64,000 nucleotides of DNA from Lingula anatina. Its lineage: Eukaryota; Animalia; Brachiopoda. The translations under genes were made by a program, and so were the position numbers. Below the pieces are notes generated by a model that saw only the letters and a program-made list of their open reading frames with translations, was not told where the DNA came from and searched no databases. Positions within the stretch are counted from its first letter, which is position 1. The number at the start of each line of letters is the position of its first letter. Shown here in pieces: positions 55,686-64,000 of the stretch. The DNA lies in assembly GCA_051362555.1 (NCBI GenBank), contig CM120644.1:5650954-5714953 (forward strand). Direction: 5' to 3'.

Positions 55686-57225
55686 CAGTGGCGGATGTAG
55701 GGGGATCAGGGGGTTTCTGACCCCACCCCCACCCCCACCCCCTCTTAGATTTCTGAAAAAAAATCTCACAATGGGTCCCGTCTTGAAATTAGAATTTTCA
55801 CTAGCTGAAACATAGTTCTACCTAGTTCTACCAAATAGCACCGTTCGCCCTCTAAAATACCAATAATATTCGGAGCCCTTCAGCGCTCCCTCCTCCCCCC
55901 CCCCTCCCCCTTCAAATGATTTTCTCTGAAATTATTAATCGGCACAGCCACCCTCGAGTTGGAGAGTTCATCAGGGAAAAAATAACGGGAAACAAAATAT
56001 TTTTATAAAAGAGGTTTTCGCCCCTTCGTTACCATAGCGAGCCACATATCAACCCAAGCCATTTGCTGTGTTCCACCCAAGGCACCACTGTTGCTGGCAC
56101 CCAGGCTAGGACCCAATGACTCACGTCCCTTCACTCAGCTATGGCAGTAGTTGAGTGAGTTGACGAAGTCCTGGCCGGGGTCAAGACCGGCTCTGGTTAC
56201 AGTTATTGGAGTCTCCCATATATAAAGGGTTTCGAGTTCGAGTTATTGCCTGCGTGGTAGCTACAATTTACACTAAGGTTCTTCTCTTTTACAAATATAA
56301 ATGCTGTACAATAGTCCAAAGGAAATTGATTCATTCAAGTGTTTGAAACGAGTTTTTAAATATTTATCTTTATTTTTAACTAATTAATGTTATATGTTCT
56401 TTAAATGTAATAATAGATAATAAGTAATGTGAAAAAAGATTACCAAATTTGGAAGAGTAGAAAGGTTATTCCCCTGGAAACGAAACTGAGGGGGTTTCCC
56501 ACTGATTGATAATGCACAGGACCTGTGCCAAGGGTCTGAAGATAATGTTTTTGAAAAATTACCAAATGATAAATAGTTAAGATTACGAGTACAAATGTTA
56601 TTAGAGCATCAAACACTAGGATATAGTGTTAAATTTGTGTGTTTCATACCGAAAAATATTTCGGTTTTAGTCTAAAACCCCTTTCTCATCATTTATAGAA
56701 GAGAAGATGCACTTTGTAGAATTTTTGGTGTGACCCATATTATTGACCAAAGTTCCTTTTATCTTGATTATCTTTTAATCGTTGAATATATAAGCTTTGG
56801 AAGAATGAGAGGGAAGAGAAAGCATCAGAATACTTGAATTTACCGCACAGCATGACCGCCTCTGCCCGCAATGATATGTGATGTTTAGTTATTTCAGTGT
56901 TACTCTTTTATTAACACACACACCTCCCTACATATCTAGGCAGCGGCGGATTTAGGAGGGTCAATAGGGTCCTGACCCCCCCCCCCCCCCCCCCCCCCCT
57001 CTTCGTTTTCTGAAGAAATCACACCAATAATCCCCTCTTGAAATAAGAATTTTCACTAGCTGAATCATGGTTTTTAACCATACCAAATGGTACCGTTCGC
57101 CCTTTAAAATACTATTTTTTTTTGGGGGGGGGGGGGGGAGCGTCAGCGGGCGCCAAACCCCACGTCAAGGGGGTCGGCTTGGCATCTGCGGACACACCCT
57201 TCTAATAATCCTGGATCCGCCCCTG
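55686..57225 (+). mobile_element. Family A MITE ends: left end at 55686, second left end at 56941, right end at 57225; possibly one compound element
   Basis: CAGTGGCGGATGTAGG (55686) and CAGCGGCGGATTTAGG (56941) share about 150 bp of internal sequence (CTTGAAAT.AGAATTTTCACTAGCTGAA...ACCGTTCGCCCT.TAAAATAC). The right TIR CCTGGATCCGCCCCTG ends at 57225. TACAA flanks the outer pair of ends. Confidence 0.65.
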
Positions 57226-57387
57226 TACAAACCCTAGCTTTATAATTATTCTAAATAATTCTAAATTCTTCTAGTTATCCTCTTTATCGTATTCCACCTC
57301 TGCAGTCTAGTAGTAGTCTGCAAGAACTAATAATATATGTTAATTTTAATGTTAAATAAATAAATGATAAATACCAAGAACTAAATC

Positions 57388-57418
<31 letters not shown>

Positions 57419-57674
57419 TCGCATTTCGAAATAATTGCTCCCTAGCACACCGACTGACCACTGATAGTTTTTCTGCACCGAGCCAGACGCTGTCCGATAA
57501 CGGTCATCACACGCGGACGCTCTCGCCGTTCTCTGCACTCGCTATCCCCTGCACGTTATACCTCGCTATCTTAGTTGACCAGGGGGGAGACAGCTACGTG
57601 ATAATACCCACGCTGTTAAAGATAATATTACGTAGGTCGAAACAGCGCCGGACTGACGGTGAGTGATTAATTAA

Positions 57675-57833
57675 GGCCGCATTCAGAACAGTGGACTAAC
57701 TAGTCCGCGGGTCAAATATGGCGACTCACTACAACGCTTGCCGTCTAATCCGCTAATAGACACTGAATAGATTCCCCGTGGGTCGGCCATATTTGACCCT
57801 CGGACTAGTTAGTTCACTGTTCTGAATGCGGTC
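57675..57833. mobile_element. Tourist/PIF-Harbinger-like MITE with about 55-bp near-perfect TIRs
   Basis: TAA|GGCCGCATTCAGAACAGTGGACTAACTAGTCCGCGGGTCAAATATGG ... CCATATTTGACCCTCGGACTAGTTAGTTCACTGTTCTGAATGCGGTC|TTA. TWA-type flanks are typical of PIF/Harbinger. Confidence 0.7.
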
Positions 57834-58272
57834 TTACTGTCTTATGTGCTTGTGTCTTGTGTGATTTTCTCTACATTTTATATCATTTCGATTGAATGCT
57901 GCCACAGATTCATCATGAGTTGCACTTTTTTTTTTTTCACTTCACTCAATTTATCGAGCAATTTCAGCTTGGTTTAGAAATTTTCAATTCTCTTATTTCG
58001 TTTCATTCCATGTTATTACAACTAAACATTTCCAACAATTTCAGCTTCATGGTATTTGAGTCCTCAGCAACCCCACCAGTTAGTCACAAAGGGATCACGA
58101 CTACCTTTCTTCGGGTTGTCAGGGTGTCCTCCTACCTATTCTGAGTTAAGATTCAGACACATGGGCGTACTAGTAGGATTTCCAAGCTCACGCTCAGGTC
58201 GTTCAGGTCAATGCAGTCAAACCACGTGGTCATTTTTGAGGGAAAATGCATACTCAAATTTTTGTGTTTTTC

Positions 58273-58314
<42 letters not shown>

Positions 58315-60098
58315 AACTAGAGAAAGAGAGAAAGGGGAGATCTAAGAGAAAGTTATATGAGAAGAGAGGGAGGGAAAAGTAGAGGGAAAAGTTTACGCGA
58401 CGGGTTACGTTCGTTTGAAGTGACTTCGGCACTAGAGGGTGCCCAGATACCCGGTTTATCTCTCATAACCCACACGTCGGTCAAGCGGTGCACGAAAAAA
58501 GGAGGAACGAAAAAAAAAATGCACACGGCATAGGGGTAGGAAAATTGTGCAAAATTAAATCGACTACCGATACTTCCTTTTTTTGTCAAATTTCCATTAT
58601 CGTCGTATCTAAAGCTAATCGAAAGCTATATTTAACGACCGTTTTCTTTTACTTCAGCTACAAAGAAGAATAATATAATAATCCAAGCGTACCCACCACC
58701 CCTCAGTAGACAACAGTTTGACCTTTCCGTAGTCTATATCAGTAAAAACGAGGTTTGATACGGCGCAGAGTGGAGAGTGGCAACATCTCGGTAGAGAGAG
58801 AGAGAGAGAGAGAGGGTCGATAGGAAAGAGAGTGAAAAAGTGAACGAAACGTGCCTCGCAGCGCACGTAGAAGGATACGGCACAAGACGGAGAGAAAAAC
58901 AGCTGGGCGTGGCACGACAAACTTCAAATTCAAGGAAAGAAAGAGTCTCGGAACGGAAAGTTATAGCTAGTACAGACCAAGTACTGAGATACAAGAATAT
59001 CGCTAGAATAAAACAGCGAGAGACAGTACGGACGTCGCAAGACTTAAGCCTACTACACTGAGATCCGAGGTCGCGGCGAAACGTACAGGGTATAAGACTC
59101 GAGAGACGAAACTGACGTAACAATTCGTACAGAGGGAGATGGCGGAGTGAGGGGAGAGCGTGGAGGTGGATGTTTTGGGGAAATCAACAAAATAATTATT
59201 AAATCTTGGACAGGGTTATTTGATAAAACAGCCAACTGCCAGAATTCATGAACATTGTATTTTGTGGAGCTGGAGGTGTAAACTTGTGGTTGTTATACAA
59301 AGGCAGCATAGTACGGAACGATATCGATGCCATTCCTTATATTTATCTAGAAAGGAATAAAATCTCACTACCTCGAAAGACTTTATGTTGTTCCATCGAG
59401 AATAACAATATTTACTCGCCTGCCATCAAGTTAGATAGATACACTCGATCAGAGAATCTGAAACAACTTTCTCAATTATAAAAATACACTTTACCTCCTA
59501 ACGGAGGGAAAAATATCTTAGCAAAAAGGAAAAGAGAGAGAAAAACTTTCAGACTAACTTTAAAATCCAAAGTGAAAATCAAACCTCAGACCTGTGATAG
59601 AAACAGAAAAACGTACACTTCGCCATTATGAAGCCAGAAGAGCGTTATCGTATTCTGTCCACGCCAAGTGTTAGTGTAGAGAGCAACCTGAGTGTAAGTA
59701 TGCAAAATGAAAAAAAAGGGGGGGGGGAGATAACGACAAAAAAAAATAAATAAATAAATAAAAAAATACGAAGTACACATGTTTTTTCTCTGATTAGTTA
59801 TTTATTTAAAGCACCTAACGTGCAGCCAGTGTAACTAACTATCTTACTCGGTTTTTAAAGTTAACACTATTACTGGTACGTCATTTAAAAACGACAAATT
59901 ATGAAAGTCGCACCTTGGGGAAGTAAAATGTTTCGCAAATGCAGTTAAGTAACTGAAACCGTTTTGATTTTATTCTGTGATAAGTATATTAGTCATCGGT
60001 GTAGCGTCCGATCCTTTGACAATTGTCGTCATTTCTAAGAAAACCAGACATACAATAAAGGTGGATTCAAATGATTAAGAAGAGTCATATCTAAAAAA

Positions 60099-60752
60099 AA
60101 TAATGATTAATACGCATAAAAGTTACATGAAATGCCAGGAAAAAGTATTGCATTATTTCCCCTTATAAATTTCTGCCGGTGCGGGCTTGACGGGGACACC
60201 GGGAAAAATACGAAAATGTGAAAGTACAAGTAGATCGGTGTCTTCCGTCGAGCCGGAAATATTCAACGTACCGGGTACTAATGCAAAATAATAATAATAA
60301 TAATAATAATGATTAATACGCATAAAAGTTACATGAAATGCCAGGAAAAAGTATTGCGTTATTTCCCCTTGACAATCAACCTTTTAGAATGTATCCTTTG
60401 TACGTCACCTGTTTGAAAATAACTGGTTTTTGTGCATTTATTCTCATAATTTGCACCCGTCACATTTTATTATTTAAAACTTGTCTATTTTTTATGAAAC
60501 GTACTATTAATAATGTGGGCTTTTCTATCACTGCATGGACCCGTGCACATCTACCTGTAATGTGCTTAAGGTTTGCGTGTTCAAATGTATTCAGTTAGTA
60601 ATATCAGCTCATTAAAAAAACACACACACAGGTGCACCAGAACCAGGTATGTTGCATACTTCCGGCTCGACGGAAGACACCGATCTACTATACTAGCACT
60701 TTCACGTTTTCGTGTTTTTCCGGGTGTTCCCGCCAAGCCCGCACCGGAAGAA
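60099..60752. repeat. Interleaved repeats: 66-bp direct repeat (60099-60164, 60305-60370) and about 115-bp inverted repeat (60171-60285, 60633-60752)
   Basis: The direct copies differ by one base. The inverted copies share GTAGATCGGTGTCTTCCGTCGAGCCGGAA and CCGGTGCGGGCTTG. Confidence 0.85.
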
Positions 60753-61522
60753 AACAAGCATTCATGATCAGCAATGACTCACCTGCCTATAAAGACCTAG
60801 GTAATGACCTAAAGAGGTTAGGGGAAGTGACGTTGTATTGCGGGGGTTAGGGGGCGTGGTGGTGTTGTATTGAGCAACGGTCTATAGGCAACTTAATCAC
60901 ACAGTGGTCCGTCTTCGAGCTTTCTTATTTCATTTAACTTACATCTTTCACACTTGTCATCGTCAGGTGAGCAATATATTCTATTCATTCTCTACCTATT
61001 ATATACGGTCAGTGTCAATGGTAATTGACCAAAAGCAGCGAGATGGACTGTGCATACCGTAATATCCTTTGTTCACAACTACACTGGGTATTTGTCCGAG
61101 CGAACATGTAACACGTATTATATTACCAAGCAAGACGCCAAAAGGCAAAATGTAACCATTCGTTTCGAGGTATGATATGAGAGCGAGAGAAAAATATTAA
61201 ATTCGGACCTCCCTGGGGTTTGTCGTGATTACTGGCTGCGGAGGACATAGGCCTACATTTTTTGTACCCTCCACCAGAGACGCTTAAAGAATATCTTAAA
61301 ACTTCCAATCGCGATAGACTGAAATTTGATGGAACTCATCACCGCCAATACTTAATAGCGAGGATGAAAGGATTAGAATTAACGCGAAAGGGCATTTTCC
61401 ACACAAGGCCTAATTGATAGTGAGGTGCATGAGCGCCCTGGATTCTGTTCAAACATATTTTCAAAGTAGAAGCGGGTCGGATCAATTTAAGTTGCCCAAA
61501 TAATGGAACAAAAAAGGAAAAA

Positions 61523-61553
<31 letters not shown>

Positions 61554-62889
61554 AATAATCAAAATATGAGAACTGCTTGTCTCGGAGAACCAACTGACAT
61601 TCACACGTCCCAAAACACTACGCACTTTACTTATTTAAAATCCTCAGAGCGATAAGATTGCGTCATAAGAGCAAGTGTCATGAAAACGTACATTTATCAT
61701 GTCAACTCTTTAAGCCACATTTTCGAAATACGTGCGCAAAAAAATGTTGCCACCCCCTTAAATGGGTCGTGCAAGGTTTGATATCTGCCTTGGTGTTTAT
61801 TGATATGTAAATGAGGCCCACTCACTCACCTGCGCCACAGGTTATTATAGTATATATAGCCGTGTGACTGGATAGCACTGAACACCTTTAGCCGTACACA
61901 GACACAGGAGTGTGATTGTTTACCACGCTGGACATATAAAACTGAGTACTTGTGGCACGACGGGAAGAAATTCCGACCGGACACTGTTAGTCGGATATAC
62001 ATTTGAGACCTCACCTTTTGGGGAGAACGGGACCAACGAAACGAGGAGAAGCTTTGTACCGTGTAGCATTGTGATAGACCTCCACTGAGATTTAAACAGT
62101 CGAGCAGTTTAGAAAGGTATGTTTGAATGTCAAGCCAACGACTCGTACGAGTGCATTACGATGGCCAGCGTCAATATATACGATTACTGTCAGTGTCGAC
62201 CCTTCTCTCACCTATTAATTGTCTATATGTATTCCTACGTGAAAGCCTGCCGCTGCCCACCTTTCCTCAGTTTTCGGCCTTACATGTACCTTGCACGGAA
62301 GGCCGAAACCCGCGAGTAAATACACCCCTGTTATTTATTACATAACCTATATTTTATTGTATTGGAATTACATATTTGGTAAACGGATATTTTCGGGGCA
62401 AAAGAAAATGAAAAAAATTAACAGGTGTCCGTCTCACTGTTGAGGCCTGGGGCAGTGCGACTACACCTTGAAAATATATGGCAGATAACCAGCTAGTGAG
62501 CCTGCTAGTTCATGCAAAGTTGATATGTTATACAGTTTACCCGTATGTCACAGCTAGGTGTCAAATATAGGCCTAAAGGCACGGGCTCCGTGTTCATTGT
62601 CACGGTGAATACGTATATATGTACTGAGTGAAACAGAATGTATGTTTGTGTCCCGAAATTTTCGGGCGTGACCCTCACATCGGTGTCCTTTTTACGCGCT
62701 GGCCCGAGACGCTATAGTGGGCCAATTTGCCTGCTGGTGAGTGTCACGGCACGGACAATCCCTAAACCCAGTGTCCGTGTATTGGGGTGTAGATTCTATA
62801 GGTATTTCTATACAGATATGCAGTATGATAGTAAACTAGACCAAGGTGTATTTTGTCGTCGTATTCGTAACTGCTTAAGTCAACATTGT

Positions 62890-63058
62890 CAGGCCCGTAG
62901 CCAGGGGGGGTTCGGGGGGGTTCGAAAGAACCACCCTTTTTGCTGGGAAAAGGTCCACTCTGGGTAAAATTTGATCTAGATACATGAAGTTTTTATGGGA
63001 AAAGGTCCACTTTTTCAGAAAAAGAACCCCCCTTTTGAAATTGGTGGCTACAGGCCTG
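62890..63058 (+). mobile_element. MITE family B, intact copy
   Basis: TIRs CAGGCCCGTAGCCA ... TGGCTACAGGCCTG with a 5-bp target-site duplication ATTGT (62885-62889 and 63059-63063). Confidence 0.8.
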
Positions 63059-63220
63059 ATTGTCTATGTTGTCTCTAACATACATCTGAAGACAAGGAGG
63101 CCTGGTATCTGTAGCTTTTATCTTTGTTTGTATTTACTCACCGGATTACAGTGCGTACAGACCCGTGTATGTTCAGAAAAATATACAACGTATGTACATT
63201 GCATCAAGCCAAGCATTCTC

Positions 63221-63223
<3 letters not shown>

Positions 63224-63258
<35 letters not shown>
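63224..63258. repeat. (CT)n microsatellite
   Basis: Directly visible. Confidence 0.9.
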
Positions 63259-63262
<4 letters not shown>

Positions 63263-64000
63263 CGTGTGTACGTGAGTGTTTACATTTATGTGGTTGCGTA
63301 TTTACTGTGCTTGTTACACTATTTTACTGCCTCAATCTAGGCTACGAATTTCCGAGGTGATAATGACACAGATACGGAACAGTAGTAATTCATGGAGAGA
63401 CGTTTAATGGCATGATATGTGTTTGCATCCGTATCAGTTTCAGCAATATGCATGTACCCGCCTTATACTACATCGTACTGGTAGTTTTAAAACGATATAG
63501 AATATTGGCAATATTATTGTATATAGTGTCGTTCCATAGCTGTGGTGTCAGCAGTCATGTCTTTTTCAGTCCCCATTGCTGTTTAATGCATATGATACAG
63601 GTGCGTACAATGTACGTATAGTCAATATTTTTAAAAGCGAGAGTCTTTTTTTCTGAAACAGTTGACTTTTACCCCTCTTAGTCCTTGAGAACTAGCTCAA
63701 ATTTTCATTCTGATTCGATGTTAGACTTTTCTGGTTAAAAGGGAAGTTTGTTAAACACTCCCCCTCACCCCTCACCCTCCGAATCAACTGCCGACGGACC
63801 TGTGAACGACCACCCTTTGGTCACCAGTATGCTTTCACCCCTGTTAGAAAATTCAGGTATGCATAAAAATGTTTAAGGAAAAGCCCTTCCCACTTCCGAA
63901 TGCGCCAACTAAGTTGCATCCTTCTAGTAAGAAGCATTCCTTCGTCTAGTTACATATATCACGCCAGGCGATTTTTCCTGCACACAGTGATTAGTAGCGA

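Overview
AT-rich invertebrate animal genomic DNA with spliceosomal GT-AG introns, microsatellites and MITEs. A spiralian/lophotrochozoan origin is plausible but cannot be proven from the sequence. Three spliced genes could be built by hand with consistent intron phases. (1) A + strand neuropeptide precursor (about 286 aa, 26550-29556): signal peptide, then 14 KR-flanked copies of the non-amidated hexapeptide AKFNDF plus the variants AKFVDF, AKFFDF and GKIVDF, downstream of a compact CCAAT/CRE/E-box/TATA promoter. (2) A + strand, 4-coding-exon gene (about 339 aa, 38566-43121), largely invisible in the ORF track: signal peptide, six-cysteine domain with neuritin/CPG15-like spacing, long S/T-rich stalk and GPI-type C-terminus. 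(3) CCDC47 (PAT complex subunit) on the - strand, 12 coding exons, about 479 aa, convergent with gene 2. The first 25 kb and last 9 kb have no convincing coding exons. They hold MITEs (including a group with CAG..CTG ends and 5-bp target-site duplications), a decayed RTE LINE end and simple repeats. The most interesting items are the AKFNDF peptide precursor and the adjacent stalked neuritin-like protein.
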